Below are positions 26,721-37,530 of a stretch of DNA of 64,000 nt, one piece after another. Both the position numbers and the translations under genes were made by a program. The notes under the pieces were generated by a model. The model was not told where the DNA came from and did not search any database. It saw only the letters and a program-made list of their open reading frames with translations. Every line of letters begins with the position of its first letter. The stretch's first letter is position 1. This DNA comes from Podarcis tiliguerta (taxonomy: Eukaryota). The DNA lies in assembly GCA_965153285.1 (NCBI GenBank), contig OZ229111.1. One strand, 5' to 3'.

Positions 26721-27817
26721 GGCAGTGTGATTCTGTGAGCTTCGGGGAATACAATATCTTCCACTGAAAATAAGCAAATATTTCTTACAACTGTTCCCTC
26801 TAAGGTTTCGAAAAGTAATGAAAAACAGCAACAATACTAGATCAGAAGTGGAGAATCAAGCAAGCACAACAACATAAGCTGTTTTTATGGGTACTGAATT
26901 TTGCTTCTGCTGTAACTACGGCCTTTGTGAAGTTCTGAAGCAACTGCATTTTTCTTTCACCTTCAAAACACCCTTCATGTTGAGAAAGCCAATTATTCTG
27001 CATATATTTGAACCAAGGAAGGAAGTACACCGGACACCAGCCTTCCCAAGCAGAAATAATTGGGTATTGTTACTCATTATCACAGATAATAAGTATGTTC
27101 TGCTCTTGTAAAGGTGGTCCCACTGGGAAGCTTGGAAATACTGCTAGGTTTTTCCAGTGGCAACACCAACCTGCAACTGTTGTTGCTCCATGGATTAATT
27201 AGAGTGAGAACTTACCTTGACTAAGTCCTTTACTACCAAGGAACCATGAGCAACTCCTCTCCAAAATCTGAAGTTAGGGATAGGCTTCCTGCTCAAAAGA
27301 TGACACTTCCATGCACCATTTTAGAAATGAAACACTAGATTTCCATACCAGCTCTTCTGGAAGCCATGGGGGAGTACCAGCCACACCACAGGTAATGGAA
27401 GAAGCACCCAACTCTGGTGATGTCTCTTGCTCTTCCCTCCATTTAATCAGTACCACACAGTTCAACCAACTTGGCTTCCAATACAGATCTGGCTGAATGC
27501 ATCTCTTTCTAGAAAAGCTGCTTTACTTACTTTTTGGCTTTCATTTCTTTATTACAACTTAGAAAGGGGGATCGGGGGCGGGGGAACCATCTATGGAAAA
27601 GACAACTTTCAGCCAGCCCCAGGTTCAAAAGATAACCTCCAGTAATAAGTAACACAAAATGTTTGAATGCTCTTCAGTGGAAAGTGGTGCTGTTACTTTC
27701 CAGAAGAACGCAAACAGAATCCATAGTTTTGCTGACCATGTCTCACCAGAGTCTGCCATGTTTATGCAATCACTGCATGACTGTGCATGATAATTCTCCT
27801 TTGCATTCTTTGCTTGC

Positions 27818-27971
27818 TCTGTGATAAGAGCGTTGCAAGCAGAAAGTCCAAGGTTCAACCCCTAACCTCTCCAGGTGTGACTGACAATGTCCCCTGCCTG
27901 GAGAGCTGCTGCCAATACTGAACCAGATAGACCAATGGTTTGACTCAGTAGAAGGCAGCTTCCCATGTTCC
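27818..27971 (+). mobile_element. tRNA-derived squamate SINE (degenerate)
   Basis: B-box-like AGGTTCAACCCC, body CCTGGAGAGCTGCTGCCA, tail GACCAATGGTTTGACTCAGTAGAAGGCAGCTTCCCATGTTCC. Confidence 0.7.
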
Positions 27972-28496
27972 CACGTTGTTTTTGGCTATTGTAAGGGAAC
28001 ATCCATATGGTGAGCAGCTCTAGAACCAACCACCTCTATGGAGTCTTTAACAAAAGGGCTAATGATTGCACATGCACCCATCTCCTTCCAGTGGATATCT
28101 TTTTGATCTAGGATTTCTCATCTTTGCAGTATACCACCCATTCCCAACAGTGGATTAGAGGTTCACTATTTACTGTAGCATGGCCAAAACAACATGCTCT
28201 GGAGACTGAAGTATTGATTATAAAAGGATTTGCACAGCTGCTTCCTGCATTGTCTTGGATGTGGGCACACACGTCCTAATGCAGCTTTCTTTAAAAATCT
28301 ACTGTTCTCATAGAACCATTTCCCAAAATTCATGCAGTCAACAAATATCAGAGCTTAGGTGGGTTGACGGCCAGAGGCAGTCTTTAAAGTTCTTTAGATT
28401 TCAAACTTCCCTGACCCACAGGAAAACAAAACAAAGAAAAGAAGGGCAGAAAATGAAATAATGATGTGCCCAAAGAGTAATACAGAAATTAAGTGT

Positions 28497-28502
28497 TTTA
28501 TT
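28497..28502 (-). terminator. Candidate STX8 polyadenylation signal AATAAA
   Basis: TTTATT on + strand ~800 bp after the STX8 stop; on the - strand it is followed by a U/GU-rich tract (TTCTTTTCTTTGTTTTGTTTTCC). Confidence 0.55.
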
Positions 28503-29302
28503 CCGTCTTGTTATTGTAGTAAATTGATCAATCAAGTTGGCACATATGTAGCAAAATAATGATTTCTGGAGGTGAGCAAACATTAAATAGCGACTTTTTG
28601 TATTGCTACTCTCAACTATTTTAATTTCTCATCTAAAATATAGATTTTGGAGCTTCAGGTAATCCTGTTTCTTCCCTGCTATTAATGTAGTTAGGAGGAA
28701 AACTACACAGCATAATGTGTTAGTGTTTGCATTTTAGGATAGAAATATCATCTGATTTTCCAAACAATACTAATTTGCTCCTGTCTATATAAATGTAACA
28801 GCAGTAACTGTTCTATCTCAAGCCAAAGATTATTCAGGATTTATGTGCATCTGAAAGGTTTGTGCAAATATCCATGTGCAACAGAACATGGATCAGAGCA
28901 GCAGTTTGCCTGAACACCACCAGATCCACTGCCCTGACATTCAAAACCAAGATGTATTAATTTCAGCTTCAAAGATAATGTTAGAATGAAAACTCCAATA
29001 TCTTAGCTTGGCATTCTAGAGATTAACAGTAGATCCCACCTAGCAGAGACAGGTGGAATTGGAATTAATTGCATTTATGCTTTGATGTTTGTTAGGAGAT
29101 TCGCCTCCTACCAGTAACATTCTCAAAAATATCAAGTCCTACTGGATAGAGATTTTTGCAAAATGAATTTCTCCACCAGCCGTGCTTCTGCCAGTGCACT
29201 GAGAACGAGTCAAATACAACCAAGTCCACAGAAAGTGTCAGTAATGAGATCGAATTTTCCTTGCCTCAGAGTGCAATAGCTCCAAAGTAATAGCTCCGTT
29301 GG

Positions 29303-29370
29303 TTATTTTGTGGGCCACACAGCAACGACGACTATCGCAATCAGCAGTAGTACGATCACCACCATCATCC
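29303..29370 (-). CDS. STX8: Syntaxin-8 last coding exon (68 bp): (G)MMVVIVLLLIAIVVVAVWPTK*, C-terminal transmembrane anchor
   Basis: Reverse complement: ttttgatttctttcag|GGATGATGGTGGTGATCGTACTACTGCTGATTGCGATAGTCGTCGTTGCTGTGTGGCCCACAAAATAA; matches the STX8 tail (GMIMVILLLLVAIVVVAVWPTN in human); in frame with the exon at 49255-49356. Too short for the ORF track. Confidence 0.96.
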
Positions 29371-29796
29371 CTGAAAGAAATCAAAACAAAACCTAATTAT
29401 CTCTGTAATTATTATAAATCTCAAATACAGAATTAAAGTTTCTAGAAGAACAGCTTCACATCATAAAATAGTTCTTCCCATGTAGAAAAAAGCTTCTTCC
29501 CGTGTAGCTGACGTAATACAAGAAGGGGCATTTGTAGATTCTGCACAAGTGCCGCTCGCTCAGCCCTAGTTTGAAATGGGAACAAAGCTCATCTCCGCTA
29601 ATGAAGGCAATATGGTTGCAAATTACATTAGAAGCCTAAAAGAGATTTGCACATGAAAAATGCCATATGAACATTTTCAGTAATTAGCAAAACACAAATG
29701 AGTTCTGGAACTTAACTTCTGATCACAAATAACTCGATCATCTGAGCCACTGATATTCTCACCCCACCTCCCTGATGGCTAATTTTACAGAGAGAT

Positions 29797-29920
29797 GCTG
29801 TTTAACCAAGAAGGTAGGCGGTTCGGGCCCATCCAGGGACGGCTGTGGGCAGGGTGTCTGCGTTGCAGGGGGTTGCACTAGATGACCCTCAAGGTCCCTT
29901 CCAACTCTATAGTTCTATGA
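29797..29920 (+). mobile_element. 5'-truncated SINE with tRNA-Asn-derived head and CR1-derived tail
   Basis: GCTGTTTAACCAAGAAGGTAGGCGGTTCGGGCCCATCCAGGGACG resembles the 3' half of vertebrate tRNA-Asn(GTT); followed by GCAGGGGGTTGCACTAGATGACCCTCAAGGTCCCTTCCAACTCTATAGTTCTATGA, the CR1 3' end also seen at 34724-34780. Confidence 0.75.
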
Positions 29921-30030
29921 CCTCCAACAAGGCTACTTTTATGTTTAGCTGGTGTTCCAGTCCAATTGGGAAGTCTTAGCTTTAAAAGAAAACTAAAAAT
30001 ATTTGGAGATGTGATGGCCATTTTGTATGC

Positions 30031-30164
30031 CACCCTTCACTATCCTTGTGCCCTACAGATGGACTACAACTCCCATCAGCACCAGGCAGCAGAGCCAGAT
30101 GAGACTGGGGCTGATGAAAGTTGTAATCCAAAACATCTGGACTGCATCAGGATGGTGAAGGCTG
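30031..30164. mobile_element. Degenerate palindromic hAT-type MITE
   Basis: CAGATGGACTACAACTCCCATCAGC ... GCTGATGAAAGTTGTAATCCAAAACATCTGG hairpin core shared with the MITEs at 48480 and 48726. Confidence 0.7.
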
Positions 30165-31039
30165 TCCTGTGCCATATGTAACTTGGTTCTTTATTGCACT
30201 ACTTATGCTGAAATATAGGATGTACATTTCTCTGCAACGCAGCTAAAGGCACAGTCTTTGCACAAGAGGAGGAAAACAATGAATATTTATACTTCCGTTT
30301 TCTGCTAGGTTTCTCTGTGCCTTTAAAAAATCTGTTACATTTTCATTGCTAGATTATACGTGTTAATTTAAAATCAGTAGTCAAAAGATACAAGATTCTT
30401 AGAGAATGAAAGCAGATCAAGATCATAGATGGAAATTTGTGATACATAATATTTCTAGGGAAACTCCCTCAAATAGCCTGAGAGGTAGAATTGTTAAAAT
30501 ATAAGAGGAAGATGAAAAGGAAGGGGGGCTGAGATTGAAATCTGGAGGAAAAGCCAGACTAGTATAGCTGGATGGAAAAGAACAAATTTGAGATCTATGC
30601 CTCAAAAAAGGGAAGTAGTTACTTTCATGATGACTGAAATTAGGCCTCCAAAGAAAATATGCAAAATCGTGCATGGCAAATGTAAACAGAAATGTACCCC
30701 TGAAATGAGTCACTCGGGTCTGTTTTACTCACTCACATACATTACAGAAGGACTGCACAATGATGGGCACTGTCTCCTGCCTTGCAGGGCTTCCAAGTGC
30801 CAGAGTCTTGCCAAGTTAGTGAGCAGTTCTCTTGGTGCTTTTTCAACACCTTGGGAATGGGTGATAAAGATGCCCAGGCAAGTTGCTCTTGCTATGCAAA
30901 ATGTCACCAGTTTTTGAGAGCGAAGATTGGCTGCAACCAGAGAGCTGCCGTTCCATGTTATTCTTTTTCATTTTCCTGTTGAAGCTCCAATTAATTAACA
31001 GTGTCCAGACATCAGAGAACAAACTGTAAGACACAGAGA

Positions 31040-31158
31040 GCCAATATGGCCCTGCAGATGTTTTGGAGCTCCCAGCAGCCCCAGCCACAACAGCTCACGG
31101 TCAGGGATGATGGAGTTGCAGTCCAAAACATCTGGAAAGCACCAGTTTAGCAACACTG
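31040..31158. mobile_element. Degenerate palindromic hAT-type MITE
   Basis: CAGATGTTTTGGA ... GGTCAGGGATGATGGAGTTGCAGTCCAAAACATCTGG core. Confidence 0.7.
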
Positions 31159-32736
31159 AACTGGAAGATGAATGCATAAATCTAACTGAAACCAGTCTGC
31201 TGTTGCTGTTAAAGAGACACTTCCCCCATGCACTCACCCTTTCCCTTTCTGACATTTTCCTGTTGGGTAGTGATCACTTTTGCAGTCACTTAAGTCAATA
31301 TTCCACACCCTCAAGGTAGCTTATTTGTAAATACCCTCACCTGCCTCTCTTGTATTACTTTGTGGCAGCCCGGCTCTTTCACCTGAGTGATGTGTCAGTG
31401 TAAACATTTCAAGTGTACATGTGGCCTCCTGCACCAAGGAAACTGACCCGTTATTACTTTGACCTCATTTTTAAATGTTACAGCTTGGGAAACAATGCTA
31501 GCTCTTTAGTCCGCTTTTGTTATCAAGAGCAGGCTTAGGTGAGTGGTTGCTGAAGACTCAGCAAGTCGCATCCAATGGTGAGGGTCTGTATGTAAGCTTA
31601 TTGGATTGGCTGTTAGCCCAATTCCCAAATCTCAAGGAAGGGAACAGGCTTTTCCTTATTCAATTGTCTCCAAAAGACCCCAGGTTAAAATTCACCGCAG
31701 AAGCCAGTCGTATTCAAACCATAGCTGTCAACGTTTCCCTTTTTTAAAGGGAAATTCCCTTATTCTGAATAGGATTCCTCGCAAGAAAAGGGAAAAGTTG
31801 ACAGCTTTGATTCAAACCAGTCAACATTCTCTTCCAAATTTCCCTTTACAATTCCCACTAGGCTTATGTGACAGAGGTTCCAAGTAGGTCACTTACACTT
31901 TACACACGGGGCACTGAGGCTGAGAAATAGCAACCTACAAAAACTATCCAGGAAGCCTGAGAAAATGTCTAGGCTTCCTAGAACAAGTTTGGCACCAAAT
32001 AGAGAGTCAAATCTGTGATAAAAGAAACACATCCCTTTGCACCATTCAATTTCAGAAGTTGGAAGTTGAAAAGATGTGATTACCGGTATATAAATGGTAA
32101 ATGTGATGCACAGATGGACAATAGCCCCAGACATGATGATAACATACTGAAAAAAATCAATATTTAAAAAAGGCAGGTTTAATGGAATTGCTTGATTACT
32201 GACCAAATTATGGAAACCTAGTAGCAATATTTCATTAAAGGATCCATACCACAAGAACTAAATAAAATAGTAAATGTTTATTTATAAGCCACATGTTTTT
32301 AATGTAAATATCTGGATTGTTCTAGAAAGTAGCACTGCTACAAAATCCCACCTAGGATAAAGGGCTTTGTCAAAATTAACACACCATGCAAGGCATAAGT
32401 GAAGTTAATGTTCCTCCAGATTTAAAAGTTGGAAAATAAAAACTATTTGTGTAAGCTACCGATACATTTTCTGTGTCTCCTGTGGATGCCAGCGGGAACT
32501 AAAAATGAAATTTGCAACACAGTTGTCAACTAACAAGCGCCGAGTCAGAGACAGACGCTCTTGCTACAATTCTGCCTGCCATTAGCTAAACAAAGGCAGA
32601 TGTTGTGCAACACTGTTTTTTAATTCATTTCTCTTTTTGGCAATTTTATGTTTCTGAACCATATAAAATTATAATGTGGGGTTTCAATTAGTGACTGGGC
32701 CTGAGCACCTCCAAAAAATCTCAAGAACCTATATGA

Positions 32737-33099
32737 CAGGTAGGTAAAGGACCCCTGGACAGTTGACTATGGGGTGCGGCGCTCATCTCGCTTCAGGCCA
32801 AAGGAGCCGGTGTTTGTCCACAGACAGCTTTCCGGGTCATGTGGCCAGCATGACTAAACCGCTTCTGGCGCAACGGAACACCATGATGGAAGCCAGAGCA
32901 CATGGAAATGCCATTTACCTCCCCGCCACAGCAGAACCTATTTATCTACTTGCACTGGTATGCTTTCGAACTGCGAGGTTGGCAGAAGCTGGGACAAAGC
33001 AAGGGGAGCTCACCCTGTTGTGTGTATTTGAACCACTGACCTTCTGATCAGCAAGCCCAAGAGGCTCAGTGGTTTAGACCACAGCGCCACCCACTCCCT
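32737..33099 (-). mobile_element. Sauria SINE, near full length
   Basis: Minus strand begins GGGAGTGGGTGGCGCTGTGGTCTAAACCACTGAGCCTCTTGGGCTTGCTGATCAGAAGGTC, contains AGTCATGCTGGCCACATGACCCGGAA, ends in a CCTTTACCT tail; 11-bp TSD with one mismatch (AACCTATATGA 32726-32736 / AACCTGTATGA 33100-33110). Confidence 0.92.
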
Positions 33100-34615
33100 A
33101 ACCTGTATGAATTACCAGTTCTGGTCTAATTTCTAGTGTCACATAAATGCAATATGTTGCTCAGGTCTGAAGTGCAATTTGTCTTCCATTTTTATCCATA
33201 TTTTAAATGATTTAAAATGCTTTAAGTGATTTATAATACTTTGATAAAATAGCTGCAGTTTCCAACTCAGCCTGTATTGTAAACAACAGTTCTTAGTGCT
33301 AAATCAATGCCTGTGCACATTTTAAAACTGTCATTCTTCTAGGCACTGTAGAGATCCCAAGTGCAAGATAGAGTCTGCCCAGAAGGATTACAACCTGCAC
33401 CTTTGATTTAATAACATTTTCCTCCAAGGCCACCATCAACTTTATTGTACGAACCATTGACCCCAACAGCTCCTCCAAGATCAAACAAGGCAAACTGCAT
33501 CCTTTAGTCACGGGAACACCTGAGATTGTTTTACGCATTTATTTATGATCACTATTCCAGTATGAAAGATTAAAAATGATTAAAGCTATAATCACTCTAC
33601 AGGAATGTCAATCAGAAATAAATGTGTGCAGATACAACAGTTTCAAAATCTTCACAGCCCAATCCTACAGCTGGTAAGAAACACTCTTTTCTTTTTCACC
33701 GAAACTGGCTGGCAAAGCAATGAGAGGAAGAGAAAATAAAAAGCAGAAGTCCATGAGAATTCCTGCATGTCAAACTCAGTCAGAAAAAGTGTGTAGTGAG
33801 TTTTCAGTCCAAAATGTTTATTGTCTCTATGATGAAATAATCCCTAGAGTTTATGGTCCCAAACCACATGCATAACCCAACTGAATGAGAGGAAATGAGA
33901 TAAGTGTTTCCCCTCATCTATCATTGTTAGACCTCCATTTCTGGTTCCATCATATATATATATAATCTGTTGCTACTTTTCTAAAAGAGAAATCAATGCC
34001 AGATAATATGCATCGCTATTTCCAAGTGGAATTTCAAAGACGGCCTATTTTCTTTCCAGAAAGAAGAGTTGCTTCAAACCCTCCATTTAGAGCAAACCTT
34101 TCCAATCAGAGGATTGCTTGCTTTGAGCATATTTTGAAACATTTCCATTTCATGTAGCAGTCCAGTCAAAAGATATTACTTTGTCTTTCTATGGTATTTC
34201 CAATCATACCTCTACCCTTACAAACACTCATGTGTGTTCATAACTACTACTTGATAGAGCCCTGTTAGCTTGAAAATAAAATGAAGCTCAACAGAGACAA
34301 CAGACATGATTCAGTGACAAACATATAAATAAAAAGCATAAGCAAAAAAGTTACTCACATGATACAGACTGCCTCTGTATAGCATTGTGGGAAAAGAATA
34401 ATTTCAAATGCCTATAGCCCACGGTCTGCAGCTCCAAAAACATAAGGAGCTCCCACTGTTGGCTATGAAATGGGAGAAGCTGTGAGCAAATAAGGATATT
34501 AGTTGACCCAAAGTGTAATCTCAGAGCCTCTGTCTATAATATTTGAGAACAGTCCTTGTGGACTCGAGATGAGCAAATGTTGTTTCCATCTTCATAAGAC
34601 GGCATCCCAGCTAAA

Positions 34616-34780
34616 CATTGGGAAGAGTCTCTTGGAAGGTGGTGAACTCTCCTTCCTTGGAGGTTTTTAAGCTGAGGCTGGATGGCCACCTGTCATGGAT
34701 GCTTTAGTTGAGATTCCTGCATTGCAGGGGGTTGGACTAGAGGATCCTCAGGGATCCCTTCCAACTCTACAATTCTAAGA
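34616..34780 (+). mobile_element. CR1 LINE 3' end
   Basis: TCTCCTTCCTTGGAGGTTTTTAAGCTGAGGCTGGATGGCCACCTGTCATGGATGCTTTAG...GCAGGGGGTTGGACTAG...CCCTTCCAACTCTACAATTCTAAGA, canonical CR1 terminus. Confidence 0.85.
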
Positions 34781-35505
34781 CAATCTCATTTCCTCCTTGG
34801 CCACCCCTCACAGAGGAATGAAGAGGAGGAAGTGTGCCTTTTGACAGTGATGGCAGACAAAGGGCTGCAGCAACAGGAAGAAGCACATGAAGGCCTGATG
34901 GCTCGCCTGCTCATTCGCTCAGCCGGGTTCCCCACTAGGACCCTGGGCTTTCCTCAGCTTGTTGCTTGTGCATGTGAACGAGCTAAGAAGCAAGCAGGTG
35001 GGTGGTGGCAGTGACAGGGGAGCAGGGAAAGACCACTAAGCTGCCTGCTCATTTGCTCACTGCGACGATTTTCTCACTCTTTCCACCTGCTCTCGTTGTG
35101 CTGCAGTTCACATGGCCGCCAAGAGGCAAACTGCTGCAGCATGATTACCTTTTTCTTACAAACACGTTCTATAGTAAGATAAGACAATAACTAAAGAGAT
35201 GCACAGTTTGGTTACCTCCCTACCCTCAATAATGCAGAAGCATGCTGAGATAGCAGCCAGGAAGCACTGAGATGCAAGTGCTGCTTGTATTAACTAGCAT
35301 CCTCAACTGGGAGCATATCATGATTTTCCCGTCATGGAAGCCCTTTCCTGAGCCACAACAATTGCTCAAATTGGAACAGCGAGTACCTCCAGTTGTGAGT
35401 TCAGCAACAGCCACTTGAGCATGCTCTCAACGAAGCTACTGGAACCTGGTCTCTATTCCCCCCACACACCAACAAAAAAACCACCCACCCACAAATGTAG
35501 CATAA

Positions 35506-35844
35506 GCTGTGGGTTAAACCACTGAGCCTAGGACTTGCCGATCAGAAGGTTGGCAGTTCAAATCTCCGCGACGGGATGAGCTCCCATTGTTCAGTCCCTG
35601 CTCCTGCCAACCTAGCAGTTTGAAAGCACGTCAAGTGCAAGTAGATAAATAGGAACCGCTCCGGAGGGAAGGTAAACGGTGTTTCTGTGCACTGCTCTGG
35701 TTCGCCAGAAGCGGCTTAGTCATGCTGGCCACATGACCCGGAAGCTGTACGCCAGCTCCCTCGGCCAGAAAAGCAAGATGAGTGCCGCAACCCCAGAGTT
35801 GTCTGCGACTGGACCTAATAGTCAGGGGTGCCTTTACCTTTTAC
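35506..35844 (+). mobile_element. Sauria SINE (different subfamily from the 32737 copy), slightly 5'-truncated
   Basis: GCTGTGGGTTAAACCACTGAGCCTAGGACTTGCCGATCAGAAGGTTGGCAGTTCAAATC head, GTGCAAGTAGATAAATAGG and CATGCTGGCCACATGACCCGGAAG body, CCTTTACCTTTTAC tail. Confidence 0.92.
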
Positions 35845-37510
35845 AGAATATACATTTTCTCTAGAATTATTGTCGTCTTCACGCACAACATACGAGCAGG
35901 CACGTAGACATTCCAGCAAAAGAAAAAGTGAGCCCTGACTCAGGCAACTACATCAGCACAACAAAAAGAAAGGATATTTTGGGAGAAATACACTGGCTGG
36001 GGTTTTTTTCCATGTTAATGCAAAAAAGGTCTATACCCAAATATAAGGGTATATTGAAAATATTAGATCCTTATGGGTCTTGTGGTCCCTGGAATACTTC
36101 TGCATTCTTGATCACAGTATGACAATGAAACTGATTTCTCTTTAATGTATTCAGTTATTGGAAGACTAAAAATATCCCCTAGGCCTGGTACTGCTCTGTT
36201 CTCTTTTACCAAGACACATCTTCATCCTAATATGTTGCATTTCAAAGACAGCAATAAACATTTCAGTATGGGTTACCCAGTCCCCAGGCTCATATTCTCT
36301 ATTTCCATCATAGCCCTGTTATCACAAATGAAAAACTCTTAGCTCCACTGCCATCATAAATCAGTTTTTGAGAAATTAAGCATGAAAAATTCCAGCTACA
36401 TAATTTTTCATCTTGAAGAGAACAAACCTATGAAGCAAACAGATTTTGTGTGATGGATTAATGCACACATCCCATGGGAAATGCAGATATTAAATAATAT
36501 ATTAAGAATTCCACTAACACACACACTTGGAGTTTATGCTCTGCCTGATAATACATATTCACTCTTCAAGACAGAAGCTAAGGTATTATATAAAGCAAGA
36601 GAACACAAGTGCATCATCTAACCTTCAGTATTTATATTCCTAAACCCTCAAGCAACTCGAGCCGTCCTATAGCTAGGAGGATATACATTTCTTTTCCAGT
36701 CCTGCGACTATTGGTGAACCCTTGTCCATCAGTTCCAACACAAGCCTAATGCAAGAGAGGCAAGGGACTCCAGCATCTCTGACTGAATACTTGGCAATGA
36801 GAATCAAACAGACTGGGATGCATTCCCCTCCACCCTCAAAGCACACAAGTGAGATTTTGCTGAAGTATCCAAACTGATTTGTTTCATGCAGCATTCCTTC
36901 ACTTTTCATTTCATCAGGGCTGAAAGAATGCACAGATCATGCCAACTTGGCTTCAAGAGCCATAGAGCTCAATCTAGCCAATATGAGCTCGCACCTTATC
37001 TTTATTAAGTTTTAATTGCATCAGGCATTGCTGGCATTCTGTCTTCATACCATAAAACAAAAAATGGGGTCCCTCTGTCACCCCTTCCCAGCTCACATCA
37101 CGAGTATGATCTCACACCTCTCTGACTCATTTTACAGGTAGATGACTTAAGACCAAATATATTCTACTCTGTGTCGCACCCCTGCAGCCCTACTGGAGAA
37201 CCACCAATACATGCCTAACTTTCTAAAGTGAAGCCCCATTAGCACCTTTTGCTGTGCTTGTCTTCAAGGCTCATTGCTGAAACTTTGGCGGTAGCAGCAC
37301 AAGCCTCCTGTGACCTGTTACTAGATCATCAATCCATGTTAAGGAATCACCGATCTATAAACTGGGTAACAATGCAATTTAGAGACATCTGGAACTCCAA
37401 GAACACACCACAATTTTATTAGGAAAAAAAGGGATACAAATGATACACTCAGCCGCAGTTGCCTGCGTCATTCCTTTAAGCTTGCAAATTTGATCGCAGT
37501 TGCCTAACAG

Positions 37511-37530
37511 CTTGTAACAGCTGTTACAAG
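37511..37530. repeat. Perfect 20-bp palindrome CTTGTAACAGCTGTTACAAG centred on an E-box
   Basis: Sequence equals its own reverse complement. Confidence 0.95.

Noticed and set aside
29797-29841. Functional tRNA-Asn gene
   Set aside because: 5' half/A-box missing, several substitutions, fused to a CR1 tail; it is a SINE head.
32050-32260. Possible decayed L1 ORF2 fragment (LLTKLWKP-like)
   Set aside because: Similarity too short and stop-interrupted to support without a search.
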